Shown here piece after piece: positions 1 through 12,613 of a stretch of DNA of 64,000 nt. A program made the translations under genes and the position numbers. The stretch is taken from assembly GCA_043228905.1 (NCBI GenBank), contig JBHGNT010000013.1:3162001-3226000 (forward strand). The letters are read 5' to 3'. The stretch is from Azolla caroliniana. Lineage: Eukaryota; Plantae; Polypodiophyta. The first letter of the stretch is position 1. Each line of letters starts with the position of its first letter. The notes below the pieces were generated by a model, which searched no databases, was not told where the DNA came from, and worked only from the letters and a program-made list of their open reading frames with translations.

Positions 1-2472
1 CGGTTCTAGATGTATACCGCGGTCCTTACCGCCTTGGCCAAGTAGAACTTGGGCAAGCTCTTCTCCTCCAGCATTGCCCATGCCACTTCCACAACTAACC
101 GATTCTTCCTCTCGGCCACGCCGTTCTGCTCTAGCGTGTATCTACAACTGAATTCGCGCCGAATTCCCATTTGTTGTAGATAACCGTTGAATTGACCGGA
201 AAAGTACTCTTTCCCACCATCCGACCGCAGGCACTTGATCTTCCGTCCCGTTTCCGTTTCCACGAACCCTTTGAGGTCACGGAAACAGTCGAAGACTTCG
301 CTCTTCCTCTCAATGAGGTAGATCCACGTGTGCCGCGTGTGGTCGTCGATGAAGGAGACGAAATATCGGCTCCCGCCAAGACTAACGTTTTGTGTCGGCC
401 CCCATACATCGGAGTGTATAAGGTCGAGCTTGTTCCGGCTCCGGTTTCGCTCGTTGGGGAAAGGAAGTCGGTGTTGCTTCCCGAGCTGGCAGGCTTCACA
501 AATTTGTGCCTTTCGGCCACTAAATTTGGGCAATCCGAACACTACCTGTTTCGATTGCAGGTCTTGAAGCCTCTGGTGGTTGACGTGGCCTATCCGCTTG
601 TGCCACAAGTCGATGTCCGACTCGGCTTTTTGTCCCTTCGCGAACATTGTGGTGCCGCCGTCAGTGGAGTCGAGGATGAACATCCTCCCGTCTCTGCGCC
701 CTTGCGCAATCACACGGCCTTCTTCCTCAATGAAGCACCCGAGGTGTGTAAACCGAACCTCCATCCCTTGGTCGACGATCTGTCCGACCGAGACCAAGTT
801 CTTCGTGATTGTCGGGACGTGAAACACGTTCATGAGTTTCCCTTTCTGCCCGACATGGCTAAGGGGAACTTCTCCGACATTCGCGATCGGATGCGGAGTG
901 TCGTCTCCTGTTGCGACTACTCCAGGTTGTATCGGTTTTTCAAGGTACGAGAACCACTCCTTATGGCTCGTCATGTGGTTTGACGCACCGGAGTCTACGT
1001 ACCACACCTCGTCCGATCTCGGGGTGCTTTGTTTCATTGAGTTTGCTTCGTGTCTCGTCACGAAGACAGACCCTTCTCCGGCTCTCCCGGAGTCTTCGGC
1101 GTAGTGCGATCGCTGCCGATTTCCCTTGTCGGTATGTCCGGAGCTATTTCCGGAACCGGTTCTCTCCAAATCGGCATGCTTCTTCCAGCACTCGCTTTCC
1201 CTGTGGCCTTTCTTGCCACAGTACCAGCACTCCGCGATGGCCTTCCCTTGCCGGTTCTCATCGCTTCGACTCCCCCTGTTTCCAGAGGGTCCGGAGTTGC
1301 TGTCGGCATCACCTCGGTGCCTTCTTCCTTGATCTCGTCGGCCGCCTTCATTGCGCCCCGACTCGCCTCGTCCTCCACGTCCACGGGGCCTATCTCGCTC
1401 CGTGTATAGCATTCTGCTGTCGGTGTGCGTGCTCGTCGACGCACCCGCGTGGTTCTCCTCTACCAGGAGCATCGACTGTAAGTCGAAAAAGGACGGCGTA
1501 TTCTCCCGGGTATACACAGCCGTTCGGAACGCTCCGAACTTCAACACCAAACCTCCGAGACAGATCTGGACCATCTCGCTCTCCTCGATGTTCACCTCTA
1601 TGGAGGCGAGGGAGTCGCAGATATCCTTGATCTTCGAGGTATAGTCCGCCACCGACAAGTCGCGTTGTCGTAGGTTGCTCAACTCCTGTCGGAGCTGAAG
1701 CTTCCTGGCTGTGGTGCTCGCGGCGAAAATCTTCCTCAGATTTTCCCACGCACCCTTCGGCGTCTTTGCATCCCGAACATAGCTCAATAGTTGTTCGCCC
1801 ACACACGATGCGAAGTAGTATAATACCCTGCTCGCCAATTGCTCCCACGACGGGAAGTCTCTGTGTGTCGATTCGGGTGCCGCGTCATTAGCTCCTTCAA
1901 CATAACTCCAGTAGTCGTGTCCGAGCAAGTACTGGTGCATCTTGTAGGACCAAGACGCGTAGTTGGTTCTGTCGAGCTTCTCTGTTGGAAGCGAGCTCGC
2001 CATGCCTCTATCCATCGTTCTTCTTGTTCTTCTTCGTCAAGCTGTGTCGGCTGCAGAGAGATTCTCAACCCTCGCGCTCTGATACCATGTAAAAAGTAGC
2101 GTGCGGAAGCAAGTATGAAGACAGAACAGAAGGAAGGAGATTCAGGTTCAATGGAGAGCTTGGGCTTACACAGTATACGCAAGAGAGACAGAGAGAGAAA
2201 CACAAAAAACTATATTCAACAATAATACTCAATTTGTACATAAGACGTGCTCAGTGAACACTTTTATACAAGTCCTAGAAGGACTGACCGAAGTACTGAC
2301 AGTACTTCAATGCTCATCAAGAGCTCCTCACTAACTCCCAAATATATTCCTCATGGAATATCTTCCCTAACGGCCTCCCGGTTTACGCACTCGGCCTAAC
2401 CGATCGGTCCCAACCGATCCGGTCCTCGGCTTCTTCAGCCGATCCGGCCGATGTTGAGCTTGTCTCTCAACA
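1..2472 (-). mobile_element. Ty1/copia LTR retrotransposon A, 5' part (continues beyond window start), inserted in a LINE
   Basis: 5' LTR 2088-2472 (TGTTGAGAG...TTTACA on minus). tRNA-iMet PBS TGGTATCAGAGC at 2076-2087. gag-pol ORF follows directly. Confidence 0.93.
6..2015 (-). pseudogene. Copia gag-protease-integrase ORF, ending at an apparent premature TAG inside integrase
   Basis: Gag KLDRTNYASW, zinc knuckle CWYCGKKGHRESEC, protease WYVDSGAS, GAG-pre-integrase LWHKRIGH, integrase HSDVWG / RSDGGKEY / NGVAERKNR. Stop at AVYI*NR. Confidence 0.85.
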
Positions 2473-3860
2473 CCCCATGATGGTAGTCTTAATCGTGTGC
2501 AAACCGGAAGGGTCCATACTCTAGCAGGAGAGTGAGTGCCACATGGTGGCGAGCATCACTTGGTTCGCAATAAGAACCCTACCAACGAAGGATAGTTTAG
2601 ACTTGCTCCATTGGTTCAGCTTCTTGCTTAGTTTGGCTTGCACATGGGACAATTGTGTTCCCTTAGGGATTACCCTCCCCATCATAAATCTGAGGTACTT
2701 GAATGTCATCCCATCAGGGACCCATGCAAAATCAGCATGGGGATGCCACCTTGGCTTCTCTTGTTCGTTGAACCAGAGGCCTTGGGTTTTATCCCAATTG
2801 ACCTTGGCACTAGCAGCCTGACAAAAGTCCTCAACAAGATGTTGAGTTCGCCGCAAATTTGCATCATCGCCCCACAAGAAAAGGACCGTATCGTCGACAT
2901 ATTCAAATAGCGCAAGATCCTCAGTCACATTGGGGATGGGCAATCCCCTCAGTCCGCTGCTTGGTGCTTGTAAGTAGGCATAGAAAGCATCGGTTACAAA
3001 TAGATAGAGATATGGGGCTAAGGGACAACCTTGCCTCACTAAGCGATGTAGTTGGAAGGCGGGGCCCCTAGCACCAGATACCAACACACTACTGGTAGCA
3101 GTCCGATAGAGTGCAGAAGTGCAATTCCTCCATTGTTGGGGAAGGCCCATAGCTCTCATCACTCTTTCCAAAAAGGGCCATAACACCTTGTCGTAGGCCT
3201 TCTCAAAGTCTAACATTAGAATAGCCGAGCTCGATACGGCGCGATCTACCAATGCCATAACTTCCCAGAGAAGCAACACATTATCAAAGATACACCTACC
3301 CCTGATAAACCCTGTTTGATTCTCATGTATGATGTCCAGTAGGAAGCTTGTTATCCGCCTAGCTAGGACTTTTGCAAGTATCTTGTATATCGTATTAAGG
3401 ATTGTGATTGGACGCCATTGGCGCAGCTCGAGGCTTCGCCCTACCGCTTTATGGATGAGATAGATCATCCCCTCAGCCAGGATAGTTGGCATCGCTCCTG
3501 AGGTCCAAATCTCCTGAATCCCGGCTTCCAATTACGGGATAACAGTTTCCCAATGAATGTCAAAAAAATCTCGTGAGAGACCATCGGGGTCGGGGCATGC
3601 TCCTCTCCACAAATCCCTAAGTGCCTCCGAGAGTTCTAATCGAGAAATGGGGCTATCGAGCACAACTTCCATCTTATGGGTTACCTTGGGGTGAATGCAA
3701 GCCAGCGCCCCCTCAGCCATCATATGCATAGGTGCGAGTAGGTCGCGATAGTATTGCCGCATATGCATAGGTGCGAGCAGGTCGCGATAGTATTGTGTTG
3801 CCATATGCAAAATCTCATCCTTGTCCTCTGTTATTGAACCGCCTGGTTTGCGCAGGCCTT
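2473..3860 (-). mobile_element. Decayed L1-clade LINE ORF2 (reverse transcriptase) fragment
   Basis: Motifs WRPITILNTIYKILAK, LDFEKAYD, RQGCPLAPYLY, YVDD, VNWDKT. In-frame TAA at 3532-3534 splits ORFs 3532-3984 and 2521-3531. In-frame 39-bp tandem duplication at 3721-3798. Cut on the left by Copia A. Confidence 0.9.
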
Positions 3861-6800
3861 GTATATGTAATACAAATAAACATATTATTTTGATGGTTTT
3901 GGGTTTAAGTACTACCAAGCTCATATACTCATGTGTGCCTAAGTTGCACATGAGCCCGATCTGTACTTGTGGTTTGGAAATCAATGTGCATAGGATGATC
4001 TAATATTGTGAAGGAAATATGTGTACCTTGAGTGTCCCAAACCTTGTTAATCAGAGCTAGCGTTTTAAAACACATTGCATGTTTCCTCATGTAAAGTGTA
4101 GCTATCGTTAGAGAAACTACAAAGTTTGTCTATGGAACTCTTGATGGGAAGGCTACTATAACATAAATGTACGTATAAATGCATACACCCACATGTTCAA
4201 CCTTTGATAGTAATTAGTTTGGAGGTTAGATGTTTTTCCATTCAACAAGATAAAACATTTTCTCTTGGTAAAGCATTTCCTTCATAAGTCTAATATAACA
4301 TGAATCGTAACATTTCTTAGACTTTAAGATTGAATTGCAATAATAAAAGCATAATAGATAGTAGAGTTCCTTAATCCTTTTTTGAACTCATCTTCGATGC
4401 AAATAGTGGTCACTTTCCGATGTTGAGGCCCTACGAACATGATCAATCAAAAACCTTATAAGCAACAAGCAAGTTATTTAATATGTGAATTGCTTCTTGC
4501 GGGGAAGAGTTGTGTTCTTGACTTTAATCAACGTGATTTATGCACTTGAACATTATGTTAATTGCTTCATTTGTAAAGTATATTATTGTTGAATTTTACG
4601 TGAAACTCTTTGTTTGCCTTAAGGTTTCATCCATTTATTCGATTACTTGTTCCGTGAATTGTATATCTATCAATATCACAATATTCAATTCTTGGATTCT
4701 TTATATTCTGATTACGATTTAGTAAAACTTCTTTATTTTCTTGTTTCTTCAATTTTACCTATGGTAATGCTTTCTTCATTTTGTGTTCGAATTTATATTC
4801 ATTGCTAAATTCAATATGTATTCAATGTGAACGCAAGATTTACTTAAGAGCTATTGTTTCATTGCCCTTGAAACTAGTGTGAATTTGGCTTCATTCATGT
4901 TCGATTTTTATGGATATGTCTAGTTCCTTTGCCTTGAACCAAGAAGCTCATCAACCAAATTTCTAATCCATTGACTATTCCTCAATATATCTACCCTTAT
5001 GATAAAAGTTTGATTATTATATAACACGTCACTAATCGTAAGTGGTTGACTCACAGAACAAATGACGTCATAAAGTTTGCTGCAACTGCTTTTTGATCAT
5101 TATTGATTGTCAATGCCCTCAATTATTAATAAACATTAAATCTCTTGAAATGTTGAAGGAGCACCACAACAGATAAAAATATAGATGCCAATGTGAACAT
5201 GATTGCATATGTCAACTAACATCATAGACTTGACCAACCGACTTTCTTAGAAACTTCTTTAAAGAAAGGATTTTATAGCATTTAACTAACTGAGTGACTT
5301 TAGCTACCATACCCTTGGCAATACTATCATTTCTAACCCATGGATTATGGAGAATCATGCGTGCTTGTGCACATATGTGTGTTTTAGTGATACTTACATT
5401 TAGCTTAACGCAATTGTGGAAAAATTTGGTTACAATTTGGGATCTCAAACTCATTGCAATGGTTGCACTAAAACAAACATAATTAGCCTCGTGGAACATT
5501 TCAAATAAGTATTCAAATTACTCGATGGACAACTTCTTGATATTGTAATTCATGACATATTGCATGCTAAAGATGTCCATTTTCTTGCATGGCCATAAGC
5601 GCAATAATGTTGTTATTTGAAATTCGTTGCTTCTTCGATACACTACTAGTAACTACTTGAAGACGCCACATGTACTAATCTTGTTATTCGATAATAATGA
5701 AAATTTGCTTCCATTCTTCAAACATGTGGATATTTGTTTGCACTTCAATGTTCAATTGTATGGTTGTTGAAGGTATGATAAAGGAAACACAATCTTGGAA
5801 TTATAGAATATTATGTTAATATGTGTTACAACCCACAAGATTCTAATACATACAAGCTAAGAATTTGATCGTCCTGTCTAGATCATAATGATATTTAAAG
5901 TTTCTAATTTATTGTTTTGGAAAGGTGGTTGTTTTACACACCATATCTGACTACTTTGTACTTTGAATGGTACGCTACCATTAGGATGTGTTTTCAATAA
6001 TGCGTTGCAGTTAAACCTCAACTTACTTAACATCCAACTTTGCAATAGTTCGCTTTTTTGTACAAGTATTGTGACAAACACGACAAGTTCTAGACACGCA
6101 TTATATTTGGGGATTGTGAATATGAGCAAAAACAATCATTTCAATTTATAAGTTTAAAATGGGCATGACCAAAACAACTTGTTCAAAATGCTTTTAAGCA
6201 ATAACTTCTTGATGGCATAGTCGAAAACAAGTTGGATTTATGATTTGATTGATAAACGTTCTAGGATTTTAGGATTCCTTCAAAAAACTAATGTGCTTGA
6301 AACTTAATTGGAACACCTGATGATGCCGAATATGTGAAACACTTTGATGTCCTTGGCCATAATGAAAGTAGGGCGCAATGATTTCTTCATATAGATATGT
6401 GTAAGAATATGCAACCAAACATATAGACTTTCCCGTTTCTACTAAACTCTAAAGTAAAGGAATGGCTCAAAGCAACTATGGATCAATATTGTTTTATTCG
6501 AAAATTTACAATTGTAGTGTTTTCTTTTCTATGTTCATGCTTTGCTTTTCTTAGAGCAATGGTTCAAAATCATGGCACGTGTTAATAGCTACTCAAATCC
6601 TTTTGACCAAATAAACAGCTAGGTAAAGTAAATACACCATATGTTGGGTCTAGAAATGGAATTTGTTTCATATGCTCACTAAAAGAACTCCTTGGTAATG
6701 TGTCTCATCACAATTCACCATTTAATGCAATTCTCCCTTCCACCACTTTATGTTATAGACATAGCTGGCCACCAAGAAAGTATTAAAACCACATGGGAAC

Positions 6801-7240
6801 TTTTTATAAATCTTATGGATTTAGGAGCATCGGCCTCACGAAATATAACGAGGATGACGTGGACGACCTTGTCTATCGAACAACTTGTACACTTCATTTT
6901 CACACATACAATCTTGTTATTGTCGCTTGTGATATGAGAATGGGAGATCTATGGAGAAAAAAGAGAATATGATGTTACCGTATGTGATATTCTCAACAAA
7001 TTTGACATAAAAGTATAGGCAAGATGGTTTATTCATCATATACATTTCCATATAACATACATGATGATGGCTTAGTTTGTGCGCAATGATTTATGGTCTA
7101 AACAACATGAGCGAATTGAGTGAACGCTTGAAATTAAACAAGTAAAACAACAGATTGCACATTTGCGCATCGATTGAGGGATTGGGGATAAGGTTCACTC
7201 CGAGTTTCTTTTTATTCACCCCCTAATCAAGGAGAAACAT

Positions 7241-7408
7241 ACAAAAATCAATTGAATGCATCATTGTTGGACATGTACTAAAGATGAACGAGGAAGACAA
7301 TACCGACAAACTGGCTCATGTTTTACAAAAATCAATTGAATGCATCATTGTTGGACATGTACTAAAGATGAACGAGGAAGACAATACCAACAAATTGGCT
7401 CATGTCTT
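7241..7408. repeat. Tandem duplication, 84-bp unit x2
   Basis: ACAAAAATCAATTGAATGCATCATTGTTGG... starts at 7241 and 7325, with few substitutions. Confidence 0.9.
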
Positions 7409-8387
7409 GGAATTTACTTCTCATTTGGTCTCGTGCAATTCACATCTTGTTAGTTAACTCACCAATCAATGACATTGATGAGACTTCCAAACGAAAACTT
7501 GAAAAGGAGACAAATTATCAACTTAATTGTCATAAAGTCGTTTCTCTTCTTCTCTATTTCATGGTCTCAAATGATTTCGGACGTTGCGTTTCGTCAATCA
7601 ACACCATTATTTTGTACTTGGAAGAATAAATATCATTTGCCTCTTTATTATGTATACATATATACCACAATTGATTGACGATATACAAGATGCTTACTGC
7701 CCCCCCCTCACATGTGCATATCCAACTTATGTTAGCAGTGATGTTTTGCTAGAAAATAGTTAACCTAATTGATTGACCCTTCTTAGTTTGTATGGAATGC
7801 GTAACAAAATGAAATGACAATAGGCCCAAGAATACTTGTCAATGCTAATATTATTCTATATGGGGGGCACGGATTTGAACTATAGATTGTTTTATCTCTC
7901 CATGGGGGGAATATTTTTGGTAAAGTATCCAAGTTTATTAGCAGACAAACTTTAAAAACAATCGTGCACTTCGAACTGTTTTAATATTTTAAGTTAACAT
8001 TGATGATTTCAAGCTGGAATTCCAATTTCATTATCTAGCATTCCTAAACCGGGTTCAACCACTTTGTTTTGTCCCTTGACTTTTAAAGAGCGCATACTCC
8101 AATAATGAGAGGGGTGAAATTTTCCATAAGTAGGAAGCCTTTAAATCCTTGTCACTGTGGTAAAATCGTCCACACACATGGAGACAAAAAGATTGAGCTC
8201 CAAGTTTAGAGGGCAAGTTGTGAGTCATGACAAGAGACTCACGTTTTTCTAGAGCATGAGAGACATAAAAAAGGAAAGAGGGGGACAAATCACATGGAAG
8301 AGTGGGATTTGAGAGTGGCAAGGAAGACCATGTGGGACAAATAGAAAATTCTTCATGGTTAAGGTGGTTTCATACATGACTAGTCTA

Positions 8388-8389
<2 letters not shown>

Positions 8390-8423
<34 letters not shown>
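8390..8423. repeat. (CT)n microsatellite
   Basis: Direct reading. Confidence 0.95.
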
Positions 8424-8425
<2 letters not shown>

Positions 8426-11197
8426 GTTGGCTTGGAGGTTCGATCCTTGCCATGCCCTTGGTAACGGAAAACTATCTATCCCTTTCCATAACAACATGAA
8501 AGTCATACAATTTAATCCTCACCATCTTTAAAAAATAAAGAATAGATATCTTAATTAAAGTTATAGTTCTAACTCTTTTTAGCTCTCATCCGGAGAGAAA
8601 GGCCCCTAATGTAATTTTCACTTTTGCTTGAAATGTATGTGCGCTCTCTTGGTTTGCTTTACTTGCCATGCTATTCTTATGTGTCACTATTTTCGGGTGC
8701 TCGACTCAAGCCTCGAATGCTCTTTGGAATTATATGTGGCACATGTTTTTTAATATATGTGTGCAAGCCACATTTTAGCCATGTTGGTGGTAAATAATGC
8801 TACGCTCAAATGCATGCTCGTCGAGTCTTGTATACCGAACACATGTTCATCAGCCTGTGGTCCACCCAATAGTTTGGATGTAGACATGTGCCACTCATGG
8901 CACCATATATGTATTGATTGCTTTCGTGTATAAAACTTGTTGTCCATGCCCCAACATAACACAAAAGGTATACTTTGTATGCCGTAACATCTAAACTTTG
9001 GAGGTACACTAAAAATGGCTAGTGAATGCTCCCAAATGGCAACATAGAAGTCAACCCAAATTTGGATATCTGTAGTGGATGTCATGATAAAGTGAAACCA
9101 AATTTGGATATCTTTGAAAGTAGCATCTATTGGCTATTTTTGATGAAACGTGATTTATCATGATATGGGACCTACTATGTCTATATTTTGGTTAACCATA
9201 TTCACGTATATGGGACAATGTTTCCTTATGTTTCGTGTTTTGGTTTCAATTGATATACTCTACCAAACATTGAGGAGACAAAGCCTTCTTTGATCAAGTT
9301 GTTGTCGGACATATGCATTGGTTTCCCTAACCGATCACATGAACAAACTATACAATGTATATGTACATATCAAGTTGGTCTCATAGCACACATTCACCTT
9401 TGTAGAGACAACAAAGAACTTCTTCTTTGTCATCAACGTTTATCTTGACAATGCAATGACTAAATCTCCAAATATAGGCCCTCTTGCTCGCCGTGACATC
9501 TTTCAAATCCCGACAATAAGACCACATTTCGATGGCACCTTCCTATTCCATACCTTTTCATTATTGTATGTGCTTAAAGAATGATCAACATACTTTATGT
9601 TATTACATCATTAATCTTTTAAAACCAAGATATGACTTTTTTTTCCCCTTCTTCTTTCCATCCTAATTGCATGCATAATATTTTAATAATGCTAGTACAT
9701 TAACCTTTGAAAAATAAGGACCCTGAACCCTAAATCCACCTTAATTGCATGTCCATTATTATACTTATTTCTTGTAATATATAAATCGTGCATTATATTT
9801 CTACGTTTCATAGTACTTTCCAAGATCACCACGGACGTGTTAAGCTTTGATCGAAGAGTTTCGGGTTTTAAGAGCTCCACGAACTCTAAATCATGTCGTT
9901 ATGGTTAGCTTTCACATGCTTAGTGCTCACGGAATGAAATGAAGTAGAAAGCACAATGCCCTTTATGTTTATTCTATCTTAAGAAATATAAAGCGCCTCC
10001 TCATTTGTGACCTTGGGATTGCATTCTTTTAGACCATACAAAATAAACTAAATGGTGATATCTTGCTAAATCGATACTAAATGTACCTAAAGATTGGCGT
10101 CAATGTCGTCTTCTTTCACTATTCATGCACGCGCCTCAAAAAAAACAATTGCTCCGTATTCATACAACTGATAGAAGGCTACATACAGATACCAAGACGA
10201 CTCTAAAGAAATCAATACCAAGCATCCCTAAACCTTGTTAGGAATAAGTTCTCATGGATTCGATAGTGTGTGATATTTTATTTACATAGTTTTTATCATT
10301 ATCATTCTTGAGCCTTTGTATATAGCATATCTAGTCATCTACGTTCGTGGAGGTCCTTTTGCCTAGTGTCAACATATAAAGGGTTCCTTTTATGGGGGAG
10401 TCTTGAGGAGAGCATCCTTTAGAATCGATCAACATACCAAATAAGAACCACATTCTACAATAATATCCAAATATGTGTAAGAAACAACATTTCATGTTGT
10501 ACTTCACAAGTTATACAACTTATGTGTTATAGTGAAGTGAGAAGCACGAGCCTTCAATCAACCAAACTCAGCCCCAATGAGTGAATAAAAAGCGCAGACA
10601 ACTAAATGTGCAAATTCAAATGGGAAGTATCTAGAGAGAATGGGTAAGTGGTCATGCTAAGCCCTTATGTCATCAATGGGAAGGGTTTGGACTATCTTCT
10701 ATACCCTTTCCATCGCCAAGGTCAAACAATTCCGATTTTGGAACTGTACAAATTTGAAGTGGTTTGTTCGAGCAAAGTATTTATTCTTGGCTATTCAAAT
10801 GGAGACCAAGTTCCAACACAATAGAAATATAAGCACTAAAAGCCTCATAATTATGCCTTTAAATCGACACTTAGGATGTGAGTGTAACCCAGAAAAAATA
10901 AAATCGCCTTTGGTTTTTACAAAACAATCGCTAGTTTTCGAAATGGATGGAACTAATATAATCGGACGCTTTGCGATTATGTACATATACATATATATAT
11001 TTTTACAAAGGACCAACGAAACGTGTTTTATTCGAAGGATCGAGATTCACAATGTACATCCATGCGAGAGGCGAGAGACGTACATCAAGGTTGCCTTTTC
11101 TTTCTCTCATGTACGAAGGAGGAGCAAGTAATTAAGAATGACAAAAAAGAAGAAGACGATGATGAAGAAGAAGAAGCATTCTATATAGATACATATT

Positions 11198-11202
11198 TAC
11201 AC

Positions 11203-11233
<31 letters not shown>

Positions 11234-11244
11234 AATATTTACAC

Positions 11245-11317
<73 letters not shown>

Positions 11318-11328
11318 AATATTTACAC

Positions 11329-11389
<61 letters not shown>

Positions 11390-11390
11390 T
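11198..11390. repeat. (CACATA)n hexanucleotide microsatellite with CACAAATATTTA interruptions
   Basis: Direct reading. Explains the poly-HI / poly-CV / poly-MC spurious ORFs. Confidence 0.95.
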
Positions 11391-11540
11391 TTGGGGGACT
11401 TTTCAAGGAATTGAGGGGTTCCTAAAGTTTTCGTTAGAAGCCCCTCTCCCCCCCCCCCCAAAAAATAAATAAATAATTATAAAATCAGTAGAGAAAAAGT
11501 AAAATAAAATAAACGAAAAGATACGCCGCAGGCTTGTATT

Positions 11541-12050
11541 CCAATGGGCATTCGCCACGTGGCGCGGCCCCATTCGCGGCCCCCTCCCCCCCGCCCCCGC
11601 GCGCGCGCAAGGAGCGGAGTGGTTGTCGGGGCAGAGTGATTAAGCCTAAACGCGTCTGATTAAGCTTAAACGCGTCTGATTAAGCTTAAACGCGTCTGAT
11701 TAAGCTTAAGTCCAGGATTAGGCCCTTAGGGAACGCGATTAGTGGGAGGCCTGATTAGGCGCTAATACTTCGACCAATGAATGAAGGTCAGCCAGAAAAT
11801 CCAGCAGAGAGAGAGAGAGAGTGAGAGAGCCATTACGAAGAAAAAGGAAAGGCGATTGGATTCCTATGATGAAGCCGCTCCGCTTTTCTGATTAGGCCAA
11901 TGGCAGCCGTTTGTCTATCGCGTGATTAGGGCGCTAATCGCTTAATGACGGGGAAGAACAGCCAGCGCGATTAAGACCTGATTAGCGCAGGAACGGCTGC
12001 TAATTAAAAAGGAGTTAATAAAAAAGAGCGCTAAATTATGGCGGGATTTA
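11541..12050 (+). promoter_or_regulatory. GC-rich putative upstream regulatory region of the MAPKKK (G-box/ABRE palindrome, CGCG boxes, repeated GATTA motifs)
   Basis: CCAAT at 11541. Palindrome CGCCACGTGGCG at 11553-11564. 20-bp repeat TGATTAAGCTTAAACGCGTC x~3.7 at 11637-11710. Many further (T/C)GATTA(G/A) sites. CpG retained, unlike the flanks. Confidence 0.6.
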
Positions 12051-12271
12051 GGATTCTCTCTCTCTCTCTTCTTGTCGGGCTTTTCTTTTTTTATTAATTC
12101 CTATTATTTCTAGTGAGAGGAAAATGGAAACTGGAATTCCCTACTTATTTAGAGAACTATTTTCCGCGTTAATTAAATGCCGCTTTTTTATCAATAATAT
12201 TACATACAATAATAATTGCTTAATAATATTAACTTAATAATAATAGTAATAAAAATGATTTAAATTCTCAT

Positions 12272-12297
12272 AATTATATATATATATATATATATAA
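12272..12297 (+). promoter_or_regulatory. TA-repeat / candidate TATA region followed by a CT-rich 5' UTR-like sequence
   Basis: (TA)n ending TATAAG about 320 bp upstream of the kinase ATG, with pyrimidine-rich tracts downstream. Confidence 0.45.
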
Positions 12298-12613
12298 GCT
12301 GTTTCTTCTTCTTCTTCTTCTCTGTCTAGTTTTATCTGTGCGTAGAAAAACAGGCCGAAGGAAGAGCTTCGCCATCGCCATCGCCATCGCTATCGCAGAC
12401 AAAACACAGAAGAGCTCCTCACACGCCTATTCCTTCTTCTTCCTTCTCCGCCTCCTCTATTCTCTCTTTTTGTCTGTCTGTCTGTCTGTGTCTCTCTCGA
12501 TTTGTCTTTCTCTGCGTTCCTAAGACCTCCATCGCCAATTTCCTGTGCAGACATACGCCTTTTTATCATGCCTTAACCTCCCTTCCGTTTTCTTTCTCCT
12601 GTCTCCTTTCGCC

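Noticed and set aside
7860-8460. Isolated B-box-like strings (GTTCAAATCC on minus ~7869-7878; GGTTCGATCC ~8437-8446)
   Set aside because: No convincing A-box or cloverleaf, so not called tRNA or SINE.
11023-11472. His/Ile- or Cys/Val-rich ORFs
   Set aside because: Translation of the (CACATA)n microsatellite.
12545-12613. N-terminal hydrophobic extension of the kinase in the ORF track
   Set aside because: Starts at GTG in a CT-rich UTR. The ATG at 12614 has good context and matches the family N-terminus.
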